Positions 28,536 to 42,577 of a stretch of DNA of 64,000 nt are shown in pieces. The position numbers and the translations under genes are program-made. The notes beneath the pieces are model-generated. The model searched no databases and was not told where the DNA came from. It saw only the letters and a list, made by a program, of their open reading frames with translations. Location: the NCBI RefSeq assembly GCF_009914755.1, contig NC_060946.1. One strand, written 5' to 3'. The stretch is from the human T2T-CHM13v2.0 reference genome, Homo sapiens. Numbering within the stretch: position 1 is the first letter of the stretch; each line of letters opens with the position of its first letter.

Positions 28536-29634
28536 GTTACAAAGTTTTCCCCTTTTTGCCCAGCCTCCATTTGTTTTCTATAGATCTGCATATCCTTTTT
28601 TTTTTGTTTTCTTTTCAAAGGTCTTTTTTTGTATATACACACCTATATGTTTTTTGTTTTCATTTTTTGCACTATTCTTCAACTTGCTGTTTTTACTTAT
28701 GATGTAACTTGTACATCTTTGCACTTTAGCATGTGTATATTCATTGTATGTTTTTAATAGTTGAATAATATTTAACTATATAGACTCATCATAATTTTTT
28801 CATTTGTTCCCTATAGACTTTCCAGCTGCTTTCAGGTTGCTTTTTTTTTCTTTTAACCTTTACAAATAATGTTATAGTGAACATCCTTGTACAAATTTCG
28901 GTTAAGTAAATCAAATCCAGGTTATAAATTCCTGGAGTTGAATTGCTGGGTTGAAGAATTATGTGTATTTAAAAACTTTAGAGAGATTTCTAAGTTGCAC
29001 ATCAGTGCAACACAAGATTGCACGAGTTGCCTTTTGCAGATCTGATTTAATTACTATTTCTCGTTAATGTTTTTCAGTGACCATTATGTTTGTTTTTGCA
29101 TATTAGGTTACTCTTTAAAATGCATTTATTAAAAAGCATTTTCTGGAAATTAGTCTTTCTGTCATACATACAGTAAACTATTGTTTACGTAATTTTTGTT
29201 TGAATTTATTTCTGATGTTCTGTTAGCCTTGTAGTCGTTTTTTGTTTGTGTTTAATCTAGTTGAGGTTATCAATTTTATCCTTCTGGCCTCTGGATTTTT
29301 TTTTTTTTTTTTGACAACTGACAGCCAAGAAGATTTTTGTTTGTTTGTTTGTTTTTTAAGTAAATTCTCCACTTAGATTGTGGAAATACAAACCTACATA
29401 GTCTAGTTCTTTCAGTACTTAGTTCTCATTTTTTATTTATCTAGAATTTATTTTTGAGTAAGGAGTGAGTTATGGATCCAAATGAATTATTTATGTCTTT
29501 TGACTATCCAAGATTATAAAATCTTTTGGTGTGAGACTGACTGGGTTTGAATCTTGATTTCTTCTGTTACAGGCATATGATCTTGGAAAAGTTACTTAGC
29601 CTCTCTCTGCCCTTCTTTTTCTTGAAATGGGTTA

Positions 29635-29962
<328 letters not shown>

Positions 29963-30063
29963 TAAACATTTAATATACAGATTGGTACATAGTTAATGTT
30001 CCCTAAATGTTATCTGTTATTATTTCAGTACCATTTAGTGAATAATCTTATCCTTTCCACTAA

Positions 30064-30175
30064 TTTTTTTTTTTTAATTGAGACAGGGTCTCGCCCTGTT
30101 CCCCAGGCTGGAGCGTAGTGGTGCAGTCGTAGCTTGCTATATTCTCCAACTCCTGGGCTTGAGGATCCTCCCACC
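30064..30175 (-). mobile_element. Alu fragment (FLAM/AluJ)
   Basis: Poly-T plus gagacagggtctcgccctgtt..., truncated. Confidence 0.8.
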
Positions 30176-30919
30176 TACCTATATCATATCCTAAATTCTT
30201 TTATTTATTTGGATCAATTACTGGTTCCCTCCAAACAAATTGGAGGGAACCAGTAAGATGTTAACAACTGGAGAAGGGAGAATTCAGAGAGGTATGTGTT
30301 TATATGCCATAAAGGAACACTGAAATGAACACACAAAAAAATGCAGAAACTGATCTATCAACAAAGTAGTTGCAGTCCAGGCAGATATAACTAATTTGCA
30401 TTTTAATGGACAGGAATAATTCTGTATTAATATAAGTTTTCTGTAACTTACAAAGCTGTAAAATTGCTCAAAGATACGAAATGACAGTGTTAACTGAGAC
30501 AGGTGAGCTAGACAGGAGACTAATCTTTTTTTTTTTGCTCACTTCAAAATCTTTCACGATGTTCCCTTCATTTGCTTGTCTTTTTTTTTTTTTTTTTTTT
30601 TTGCCCTAGTGCCTGATTTAATTAATATTAGTTTCATAAGACTTTTAAATATCTGGAAGGGCATTTTACTCATTAATCTTATTTTTTAAGACAGTAATTT
30701 TTCCTGGCTGTTCTTTCGTTACTAATTTCCAGATGCTCATTAGAAACACTTTCTTAATAAAATGATTTTAATGAGTAAAATTGTGAATGTGTTAGGTGGG
30801 GATAGATTAATTTTCTTTTAGGTTTATTTTAGTTAATATCATAGAATTTAAGAGCTGGAAGGAGACTTCCAGTTCATCTCTTCCAACCTCTAATTTTATT
30901 TCTGTCATTTTAACGTGGA

Positions 30920-32110
30920 AAATTTCAAACATAGACTAAGAAGAAAGTGTACTTATACTCCATATGCCATCCCCTGGCTTCAGCAGCTTCCCCTTCATCA
31001 CCATTCTTCTTTCCTCCACAGTTCCACTCATTCTTATGCCAGTTGCCGTGGACTGAATCAAAGCTCCAACGTATTTCATCAGTTACTCTAAAAGATAAGG
31101 AGTTTTCAGACACAAGTATAATATGAAGAAAACATCTAAAATAACTAATAATAACATTTATTATCAAATAAATAGTATTCAGATTTCCCCCATTGTCTAA
31201 TAATCTTTTTCAAGTTTATTTTGTTGAAACACCTTACAGATAAGGGCCACCTTATCTGTAACACCTTACAGATAAGGGCAAGTGATTGACATAACTTTAC
31301 TCCAGTGTATAGGTTCCCCTTTCCTCTTCTTTTTTTCCTCTTTGCTACTTATTTGTTGGAGAAACTGGGTTGTTTTTCCTGTAGACTTTTCTAGATTTTA
31401 GATTTTGATGAGTATGTCTTCAGGGTGGCACTTAACATATTCTTCTTTACCTTGCATTTCCTGTGAATGAAAATTCGTTCCAGAGGCATATTCAGATTTG
31501 GGTTAGTTTTTTTTGTTTATTTTTTGCAGTAGTGTTTCGCTGTTGATGATACTACTTTCGTCAAGAAGCACATGAGGCTTGGTTGTCTCTGTGATATTAG
31601 CAGTCATTAATGATCACCTAGATCCATGAATTCTTTAGGGGTTGCAAAATGGTGGCATTTTAACATTATTGTTCATTTTTTGTTTATTAGCAGGAATATT
31701 TTTTAAAGAGAAACTTTCCCTAACCAATTCTTAGGTTCTGTGAGGTACACTGGATGAAGAAAGGCAGGATAAGTGCTCGATTGTTTTCCCTCTTGATTAC
31801 CAATCTTCAGAATAATGAGTTGGTTTTGTGGCATCATTCAAAGATGACCAGTGAGTTGGTTTGTTTTGTTTTATTTTCATTATGAAGCCATAGCTGTAAA
31901 ACCGCTTGATTTGTTTTCAGTCCGTTACCGTTGTAATTCTTTCTGATGTTTAATGTGCCACTGCTGGCCGGTGGGAGCCTCATCAAGTTGTTTCTGATTC
32001 CGAATTTCTGACATGACCCTAGTAGCCTGTAATAGCGTCTTTGTTGTCTGCTATGACAAGATGTCCAGGGTTACCTTTTGCATGGGCTGTCCCAGGTCTG
32101 TTCTTGAAGG
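30920..32110 (-). mobile_element. L1MC-type 3' region
   Basis: gagaaactgggttgtttttcctgtaga, ggggttgcaaaatggtgg, aaggcaggataagtgc, ctgacatgaccctagtag are typical of antisense L1MC 3' ends. Confidence 0.65.
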
Positions 32111-32444
32111 AGCAGTGGTATCTCACGATAACAATCTGGGCAGCTACACCTTTAACAAAAGAGGTTGATGAAGCTTTGTGAAATTGATGGAGTTGGTCAA
32201 GACTCGTTTTAACATGGTACTACTAATCTAGACTTCTAATCTAGATTTTCCCACTTAACTCTTTAGCAAAAGAAGGCTATGATATAAAATTAAAGATCCA
32301 AGACATTAAAAATATGAGTTGTTTTTTGCTATTTATTTTGAGATTTCAGAATACTATATTAATGTATTACCTTTAAATCTCTTAATTAGAAAACAGTAAA
32401 TACACATTTAGAACTAACAAGGAAGTAATTTGTCTTTCTTTTGA

Positions 32445-32732
<288 letters not shown>

Positions 32733-33497
32733 GTGAAGAATGTTATCTTTATGGACTAACTTTATAATCTCTGCCACATTTTGTCAAATGATGGGTACTT
32801 TAAAAATGGGGTTCAAAATCTATACAAAAGTTACATTTAAAATTTTTGTATAGACTACTTAATGCTATGCAGTTGGTACTGGGTAGTTTCTTGGTCATGC
32901 AGTGTATTTGATAAATTATTTAGTAGCTATGTGAAGTAGCATTTTCAAACAGTACTGTCTTTCTAATCTACCAAGATATTGCATAGAAGTTCATATTTAC
33001 CCAGAAATTATGCAAGTTCTTAAAGCCAGAGTTTTTTCAACCACAGCATTTTACAGGATTTCTGTGGACAAGAAATTAATGTATTTTATGGGATATTTGT
33101 ATCTTTAAAGTGGAATTTGCATGCTGGGAATGCTTTAAAAAGAAAGTATTTGCATAAATGTCATGTACATAGCTAGTAATTTTGAACATTTATTCCACTG
33201 TTGGAATGTCTTTTTGCTTGAATAAGAACTTTTCTGACTCTTTGCTCCAAGAAGACACATAATGACACATAATCTTGCATTCTTGATGGCAGATGTCTGC
33301 TGTTAGTGAAAATGATGAGTCGTGTACATATTTCATACTTCTGTTTTGTTCTTCATAGTTTTGTTTTTCTCTTTGACTTATTACAAGCACAGACTCTTTA
33401 AATTTATTGAAATATTTTATTCTCTTACAGTTATTTATAACAGTTAAATAATTTCTCTTAAAATATGCTAAAAAGTTATGTTTTCTTTTCTTTCTAG

Positions 33498-33606
33498 GAG
33501 GCACTGGCTACAATTAGGCTTCTCGACGTCCTGTGCGAAATGACTGTGAATACTGAGCTGCTCGGCTATCTGCAGGTTTTCCCTGGCTTGCTGGAAAGAG
33601 TGATTG
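33498..33606 (+). CDS. ATXN10: Ataxin-10 coding exon (exon 8), 109 nt, phase 0-1
   Basis: ttttcttttctttctag|GAG acceptor; EALATIRLLDVLCEMTVNTELLGYLQVFPGLLERVI; donor TTG|gtgagt. Confidence 0.97.
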
Positions 33607-35135
33607 GTGAGTGAAATATCACACATTGTATTTTTAGCTAAGAAATCTTTGGCTTGTCATACTGTAATATAAATCCAAATACAAATCCTTAATTTTCAGT
33701 GTACTTTGGGAATTTTGTGAATATATTTTTTTGAGAGGAATCACAGTGTTGTAACAGTTCAGGCAGGCCAGATAAACCTGAGCCCATGTGTTTGTTCAGC
33801 CACTTCCCTTCTGTTAACTGAAGATTCCTTCTCAGTAATGTGAGGATAACAATGCCTGTTATGCATATAGTAGATGTTTCATCAATATAGGATGTGATGA
33901 AGAAGGTGGGGCAGGCAGGTTTGCGATGATGATTGTGGTTTTATATTACTATAGCTTTGTAAAATGTGGCAGTAAATTTTTCCCATTTACATTTAGTGAA
34001 CACATAGAATGGTGTTTTATACATATTATATATACAAATCTTATGAGAAAAAGGTTTTAAACAAGAAACCATTGTTAAAAGTATTACCAACCTTGCTAAA
34101 AAGCTGTTTGCAAAATAATTCAAGTAGAACCTGTTCCTTGTGGCTAGCCATGCTTAGGTTTGCTGTTCATTATTTGCAATTTTTTCCTTTAAAAAGATGA
34201 TACTTACTCTGGAGACCAGTGTCCTGAGAAAGATGACTTTGTGTCTAGCAGTATAGATGAGCTAGCAGTCAGCTGTAGAGGAAGATCCTTAGAATTCCTC
34301 ATCAGTGTTGTATTTTGAGTACATTGCTTTTAGTGATAATTTAAATAAAACACCACAAACCTAGCACACTTGAGTGATTATGGAAGGAGCCTGAGTTTGG
34401 AGCCAGGGTCGATGTGGGTTGCCATCCCAGCTCTGCCAGGTGCCAACTTTTCTGAGCCTGTTGTTTTCTTCATTATAAAATTGGGAAAGTGATACCTTCC
34501 TGTATAGGTTTGTTGAGAGGGTTAAATGAGATAATGTGGAAACACTGAAATGCAGTTCCTGGAAGATTGTCTGTTTTCATTGGCTGCCTGGAGGTGCTCA
34601 TAGAGTAGAGCAGTGGTAAGTTCTTTCTCCTGAATGTAGCTGGAGTGAAGTATAGAGAACATATGCTGGCTTCTGATGATTTGGCCAGTTGGATGAGGGA
34701 AAAATAAGCACTCTTCTTGGTTTCTGTCATATGCATCATTATGGATAGATATTGTGTTTTAGACTTCATTGACTGAAGTTATTAGAAAAGTTCTTTCATA
34801 AAGAAGTTGAGATTGGAAACCTTTTTGTAAGAAGGATGCTAGCAAACTTTTAGCTAACTTTTTTTGTAGATAAATAGAAACTCTGAGTTGGGGTAGTCAT
34901 TATGGCTTATCTCCCCAAAACTAGAGTCAAAAAATTTAAAGCAAAGGCAGAAGAGCCTTCTAATCATTTTTTGAAGCAAAGGCAGAAGAGCCTTGTAATC
35001 ATTATTTAAATAAAGCTTTCTGTGCTCTACCTTTAGCCTATTACAATAAATTAGATTTGTCTATGGAAAACTATTAGTACAACATACTAAAAGTTACTTT
35101 TCTGTGGAAAATGAAGTTTACTCTTTTGGTTATAG

Positions 35136-35305
35136 ATCTTTTGCGGGTGATTCATGTAGCTGGAAAAGAAACCACAAACATCTTCAGTAATTGTGGTTGC
35201 GTGAGAGCAGAAGGTGACATCTCCAATGTGGCCAATGGGTTTAAGTCTCATCTCATTCGTCTGATTGGAAATCTGTGTTACAAGAATAAAGATAACCAAG
35301 ACAAG
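35136..35305 (+). CDS. ATXN10: Ataxin-10 coding exon (exon 9), 170 nt, phase 1-0
   Basis: ggttatag|AT acceptor; (D)LLRVIHVAGKETTNIFSNCGCVRAEGDISNVANGFKSHLIRLIGNLCYKNKDNQDK, including the start of the conserved ataxin-10 C-terminal domain (LIRLIGNLCY); donor AAG|gtaaga. Confidence 0.98.
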
Positions 35306-35444
35306 GTAAGAGGATTTCTTAGTATGTATTATACATGTATGGCTTCATTTAGAATATAGTCCTTGGAAGACATTCACTCTTTTGGAGTGAAAGCTTGAGG
35401 TGCTTAGAAAGTAGCTTGGATAGAGAGATATATATTTTATATGA

Positions 35445-35445
<1 letters not shown>

Positions 35446-35483
<38 letters not shown>

Positions 35484-35540
35484 TATATATATACACACAC
35501 ACGTGTGTGTGTGTGTGTGTATATATATATATGTATATGT
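35446..35540. repeat. Compound alternating purine-pyrimidine tract (AC)16..(AT)5(AC)5(GT)9(AT)6
   Basis: Read directly; starts about 140 nt after the exon 9 donor. Confidence 0.95.
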
Positions 35541-35969
35541 TAATATATAGGCTCTTTGGAGCCTAGACAAATTTCTAACACACAGTAGATATTTAATAAA
35601 CACTAGTTATTATTGCCTATTATCTTAAAAAACAAAGCTTAGATCTATATCCTATGTTTATGGACGATAGCATCATAAGCCTTTTCTTCTAGATGTTTTA
35701 AAATGGATATAAAAGGAATATAATATTTAAGTATGAAGTCTTTGAGGACCTAGTAGGCTGCTTTTAGAAACCTCTTATGTGCAGAAGAGCTTAAAGGTAG
35801 TTATATTGAGAATGTGAGAGAATGGTAAGAAAGATCTCAGGGCAGTTGGACCACATGCTTCAGATTGATCTCGCCTTTCTGTATTTTTCTGGAGTTTTAC
35901 TTCGGGTGGCATTTGATTTGCTTAGTTAAATATTAATTAAATTTCTGCCAGATTATATTTTTCTAAGAT

Positions 35970-37490
35970 GGTGGCAGAATGTCTTGCATTGTACATGTGT
36001 GTCTGCAGTATGACTTTGCCACTCCCCTGTCGAGGGTTGGCATCTATTTCTCCATCCACTTGAATCTGGGCAGGCCCTGTGGCTGCTGTGAGCAATCAAA
36101 TATGTGATCCTATACCATTTGTAGCATAGCCCTTAACTGGTCTAGCTGATTCTATTTCTGGCTTCTTAGAAGCCCGTCACTATGTAAGAAGTATAGATTC
36201 CCAGAGATCACCTTGCTGCGAGTTGCTGAATACACATGGAAAAGCCCTGGAAGATAAGATACAATGAGGAGAGAGGAAAGGTCTGGTGAAGGAACATCAA
36301 GGCATGAGATGTGTGCGAGAAACCATCTTGGGAGTAGATCCATCCTCAGTTTCTTACTTGCCCAGCTGATGCCACATAGATCAGGGCCCCCCTACTGGGC
36401 ATAGTCCTTCCTGAATTTATGACCCATAGTATTATGAGAAAAAGTAAAAAATAGAAAAAAAAAATAAGGGATATAGGTCCTGCTTCAGTTAGTAGCCCAG
36501 TCAGTTACTGTTGGACTGATCCTTCTTCAAATAGCAATTATAAACTTTGGACAAAAAATAGCCATGTGAAGACACTCGAATTTGACACAAACGGGCAGAT
36601 TCTGGAGTGAAATTGATGCTTGGAAGAAGGGAATGACACAGTGTGTGGCATGCAGGGCAGTGAAAAGTCAGTTACAAAATCTTCCGTCTTTCTAGCTTGA
36701 AGAATCAAAGAACAGTTTGAGGGCAACCATGGCATTGGAAAGTGAGGGGGGAATTGTGGAAAGTAGAAAACAGACCCCAAACTCTGGGTGTCAGCTACCT
36801 AAATCTCTGCTAATGGCTGAATCACACGTGTGGGGCAGGCTCCAGGCAGCTAAGCTAAGGATGAAGTCATTGTATTGAGATTTGAGCTCCCACCCTAGAG
36901 TTTATAGTATTAAGTCCAACTTACACTGTAGATAATTAATAATTGCCCTCTAAAAAAAAAAATCAACACTCTTTAGAGGAATATAATATAATCCAGAATT
37001 GCCACAGCATAATGTATCCTGTAATGTCCAGGATACAGTTTACAATTGCTTGACGTTCAGGAAAATGTGACCTGTTCTCAATTGAAAAGATGATCAGCGG
37101 AGACTGACTGTGAGAGGACACAGATACTGGGCTTAGCAGACAAGGATTTTAAAGTACCAAATGTAACCGTGCTCAAGGATGTAAAGGAGATACGCTTCAT
37201 AAGAGTGAAAAGGTGGGATATCTCAGCAGAGAAATAGAAACTATAAAAAAGAACCAAATGGAAATCCTAGAACTGAAAAATACAGTATCTAAAATAAAAA
37301 AAAAAAAATACCGAATGTGCTTAACCTCAAGAAAGATCACAGAGGAAAGAGCCAGTACACTTTAAGATACATCAGTAGAAATCATCTAGTCTGAAAAACA
37401 AAAGCGGGGAGAAAGATTGAAAATAAAACGGCCGCTTTAGGATGCTAAATGTTAGGGTAATTTGTTATGTAGCCGTTGATAGCTGGAATA
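35970..37490 (+). mobile_element. MLT1-type MaLR LTR pieces flanking an old L1 5'/ORF1-like fragment (~36850-37430)
   Basis: tgactttgccactccc...ttgaatctgggcaggccctgtggctgct; terminal gggtaatttgttatgtagc; L1-like agagaaatagaaactataaaaaagaaccaaatggaaatcctagaactgaaaaatac. Confidence 0.65.
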
Positions 37491-40400
37491 ATTCCTGTGA
37501 GACATGGCGCAGAACCAAACGCTAGACAACTTGCACTTTTAGTATATGGGCGCACCATTTTGGCAATCCTCATCTTCAGGAGAGTGAGACTACTGATTCC
37601 CCCTTGGGAAATTACTGGACTGATTTTTGCAAAAGAAAGTTGATAGCGAATAAAGCACTTTACCTTTTTAATGACCAGGACTGCCTTTCTTGAGCACAAA
37701 AGAGGTGGTTTTTCTTGTGTTTAACTATTCTTTTGTTGCTAATTTGGACTGGCCTCTTATAGGAACAAAATGCAGTAACCCTTAAAAGGCTTGCGAAATA
37801 ACTCACTGAAGTCAGGATCAGATTGCACCATAAGTAAATATGGAGTGTGCCCAAGTGCTGCTGTGCAGAGGTCACTGGGGCGCACAGGAAGTCGATGGTG
37901 TGTCCTGTCACTTGTGCAGTTGCTAATAGCACTGCTGATTTCTCAGCAAACAGTTTAGAGGGTATGAAGGAGTTCATTCTTTGAGTATCAACTCAAATGC
38001 CCTCTGTTTCTCTCAGTTTCTTACGTGTGTCAACAAAAGGCCTGAACCTGAAAGCATTACCTCTGGGATTTTTTTCCTCCTTCCAAAGACCGACACAACG
38101 CCGAAATCTTGTTCTGGATGTGCTAGAGTGTTCTTTATTCTTGTAGCCAAATCCTTGTTCCAGCTGGGTGTTACAGATATTTGCCTTGCTCATTGTTGCC
38201 TCAAGGGATGGAATTCACTCGCACTCAGATGACTTTGGTTATAGTTTTGGGAAAATGGAATGGATGGTTATGTAGCAGGTCTTTATCACGGGACCAGTAA
38301 TTCTCAGTGTTTTGTCTTGATGGATTGTCTCACTTCTAACCCAGCTAGGGCTTTAAGGGAAATTTGGCTCTGTCTCTGCTCCAAGACTAAAGATCTGAGT
38401 TGGGAGGGATTTCGTATCATCTAGCCTAATTTGGGTTCCTCCTTTGCCCAGAAGACAAAAGGGACTGATGATTTATTGTTTAGTGTTTACTATGTCCTTG
38501 CATTGTGCTTAGTGAATTACATATATTATCAACTTTAATCTTTGCATCAGCCTTGCAAAGCAGGTTCTGGTAACCACATTTTAAGGAGAGGCCATCCAGT
38601 TAGGTGCAGAGCCCAGGGTAGAATTTGGATTTGTTTGCCTATTGAGTTCCCAGGCCTGTGCTCACTTCCTGCCCCATGGTGAGAACTTGCCAAAAGGTTG
38701 GAGAAAAGGGTTTAAAATAGACTTCCTGCAGGACTTCAGGCTGGAGGCTGGTCAGTCTGCGTCTCCTAGGCCAGCCAGGCCCCTTAGACTCCCTCCTGGT
38801 TGAAGTTGGGAGCTCTTGGGGGTCCTCTTATCCTTGTTTCTGATTCACCCATTCATCAAATACGAATGTTTGCTGGCTTGGGGATCCTTTGACGGGTAAT
38901 TCAGGCAAGGTATTAATATCTTCTGTGGAGCTTCCATTCTGGCATCATCTGGGGACCATGCTTGCCTCTTTGAATCAGAATCTCAAAACTACTCATGACA
39001 CAGATTTTCCTAAAATCTTTGTGTACTGCCTGATTCCTCTGAATTTTGAGCAAGACTCTTTCAAGCCCAACTGTGTCTGTGTTGTCTGTGTAACTTCATC
39101 CATTGCAGTGAGTATGGTGCCCACCTGCTGGATGGCCCTCTTACACTTGTGTGGCACTTTCCATTTTCCAGAGCTCTTTTCATCTGCTTTAGTTTGTTGG
39201 AGCCTTATGATACCTCTGTGGAAAGGGCTGAAAAGATATTTCCACCATCATTTTCTAAATGAAGAAACCAAGGCCCCGAGACCAAGTGTGATTTAACTCA
39301 GCTAGCACTTGCTGAGTGAGAATTGCCGTGTGCTGCATGCTCTGGAGAAGACAGTCGCTTTAGTGGTGGAATGACACATGTCCACTAGGAGCTGTAGCAA
39401 AAGTCCGTGTGGTGAGGCCTGTCAGAAAGGAACAGGGGGGTGATGTGTCCTCTGGGCTGGCTGTGCCAGGAGCATTTCTCTCTAAGGACAGGCACTGGAC
39501 TGCCAGGAGCATGGTATCAACTGGAAGGATGGTCATCTTTCTTTGAGATACTTGTCTTTGGGCAAGATTTAAGAGAATCAAGGTACGTTGCCTCAGATTG
39601 AAAATCTGCACAGAAATGTATTTTATCCCAAATTCTCATGAGTCTTTAATGCTTAAGTCTGTACACGTGATAGATGTAGTGTTTCCTGAATTGTAAAGGA
39701 ATTGCTAGACTTCCCTTTACCTCGTCATGGTAGGGAGGTGTCAAATCCTTACTGACTTCTATTCTTACCTTGTTTTTTTGTTCTCGACTTGTGTAGTATT
39801 TCCTTGCTACAACTGTAGTGATTAGTTTACTTCTAAACTTTTGTGGACCTAAATGGAGATTCTGTTTTGGTTTCTATTGTAAGAAGCACAAAGATACTAA
39901 TGCTATAAACATGAAGAAAGCATTCTTCAGCTTCTTCTTTGTTAGAATAAGGAATGTATGGTTTACCTTTTTCTTCCCTATTCTTCTTCTTTTCACTATT
40001 GTCATAACCTCTTTAAGTGAATCTTTATTAGAAGAAAAACCAAACGTTTATTTCATAAAGCTAAGTGCATTTTTCAAATCGGACAGACAGATGATCTAGT
40101 TTATCTACCTTCCGCCCGCCAAGGAAATTGTATTGACTAGGATGGGCCATATATCCGTTCTGCTAAAGGTTATGGAACTGCTATTCAGTTTCTTCTCCTC
40201 CTCCTTCCTCCTCCCTGATTTAAAATATTCCCAGCAGTCACATACTTGATGATCCCATGTCAAATATATGTGCCTATAAATCTTTTACTATAAGCATACC
40301 TTAATTTTAAAGTAAGTCTGTACTGTATGAAAAAGTTCAACATGTAAAGACAAACTTTATTTGGCCCCTTCAGTTCTCAATTTTGAAGGCAGGTTCATTT

Positions 40401-41983
40401 ATATACATAAAATAATCTTTGTAATACATTTTTCATTAACTTTGTGTTGCTCATCATGTTACTCCCAGCATCTAAATTGTACCTGGCACATAGTAGGCAT
40501 TCAGTAAATTTTTCTAATTTTTCTTGAATGACAATTTATTTGTAAAATAAATTGAATGTTGAATGTTTACTACATATCAAGTGCACTTTTAGGTTCTGAA
40601 GATACACAGCAAGTAAGACAGTTCTTTTCAAGGAGTGTAAATATTACTATACAATTTTCTGACTAAATTTACAAAGACTAGTAAAAATAGATAACTTTTC
40701 AAATGAAAATTAATGTTCCTTTAAATTCTGAGTTCTGTATTTTTGAAAGTCTTTTTTTATGTTTGAATATATTCTAATTTACTGTAATTTGCCATCGTTT
40801 TATTTGATCCAAATCATATATATTTTAGATTATAAGAACATCTGTATTGTATAATATTTGCAAGTAATTAAAAAATATTTTTTAAATCCTAGGTTTAGGC
40901 TTCGTAGATCTGAATGCGGTTTTTTCATTAATCTTAAATAAAATTTAAGACTGAATTTACAGTTGTTAAACATTCATAACATGATCAATTTTTAGTGGGT
41001 TTTTTGGTGGGGTGTACTATTTTCCACCCTTTTTGTATCTAGTTGCAAGGAGCCAAGAACAGGCAAATTATTAACTCCTTTATTATTTCCTCCTGTCTGA
41101 AATGTTTTCAAGCAGCGTATTTGTCTGTTAAATCATGAAAAACTGAAAAAAAAAGTCTATGGCTATTTCCTAATGATTTTATTTAGGTTGTTGCTCTTAA
41201 TGAGGATTAGTACCTGTTTTGTACATCAGTACTGGCTGACTTGTCAGTTACTCGGATAATTGATCGAGTGATTGCTCTGCAGAGAAATAAATAAATGCTT
41301 AACTAATATGTGTTAGTGTTTTTCTTTTTGCAACTGTAAAATAGGCCGGGGTGGCATGGCCCTTGGTGCTCAGGCAGGGCCAGCTTCTATATTCTCACCC
41401 TATACTAGCACTGTGTGGACTTCCCAACCTTCATACTTTCCCTGAGTGACCTTAACTTGGCCTTCAGAACTCAAGGTCACAGGTACCCTGTTGACCTGTG
41501 CAGAAACACTTTCTCTTCTACGCTCCTCACTATACTCTTCTGCCCTCTACTCACCCCCTGACTTACACTCTACCTATAATCAGTTTCTGTGGGTAAATAG
41601 GTTATGGGTTGTTGATTCTGATGCATATTTCAGTATACGTGTGCTGTTGTTTTTGGTTTTACTTAATAAGTGTTTAGTGTGATACACATACGTAAACTGA
41701 TCACCAGCAGAACTGTGACATATGAAACACTTTATTTGGGTATCACTCAATTTTACTGTAGCAGCCTCCATCCCTTCTTAGTTATACCACCGTTACCACC
41801 ACTTTTGTCCTTGCTCCTCCCTTGATGTTTTGTCTTTCATGAAACCCATCTCCCAAGGTCTTTCTGGATGATAATGGCTTAATTCACTCTCTTTCCCAGA
41901 TACATGTTTTTCCTTCTTTATAGGAACCTAACTCTGCCTGTCTAATTGGGGAATTCCAGGCAGGGTATTGAAAATGTCTGGGG

Positions 41984-42285
<302 letters not shown>

Positions 42286-42577
42286 ATGTCTGAGCAGTGG
42301 GTTCTCCTGTCACTGACTTTTCTGTCATTGCTTGGCTTGTAACATTGGATCCACGTGTGTGCTGTTTATAGAGGAACCTTACAACAGGCAGAGAGCTTAT
42401 GAGACTTTAGAGTTCAGTAAACTCAGAGTTGCCTCTTAGTTGACCATCTATTAACTGTTTAAATTTGGACAAGTGTCTCAACCTTTCTGAATCTCAGCTT
42501 CTTCATGTATAAAATAGGGGCAGTTACACCTCCTTGTGGGGTTGGGAGGATTAAATGTGATCATGTATAGGAAGTAT

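Noticed and set aside
37500-37670. YY1-like motifs and AATAAA as a promoter or intronic poly(A) site
   Set aside because: Short, imperfect motifs that are common by chance; nothing else in the sequence supports them.
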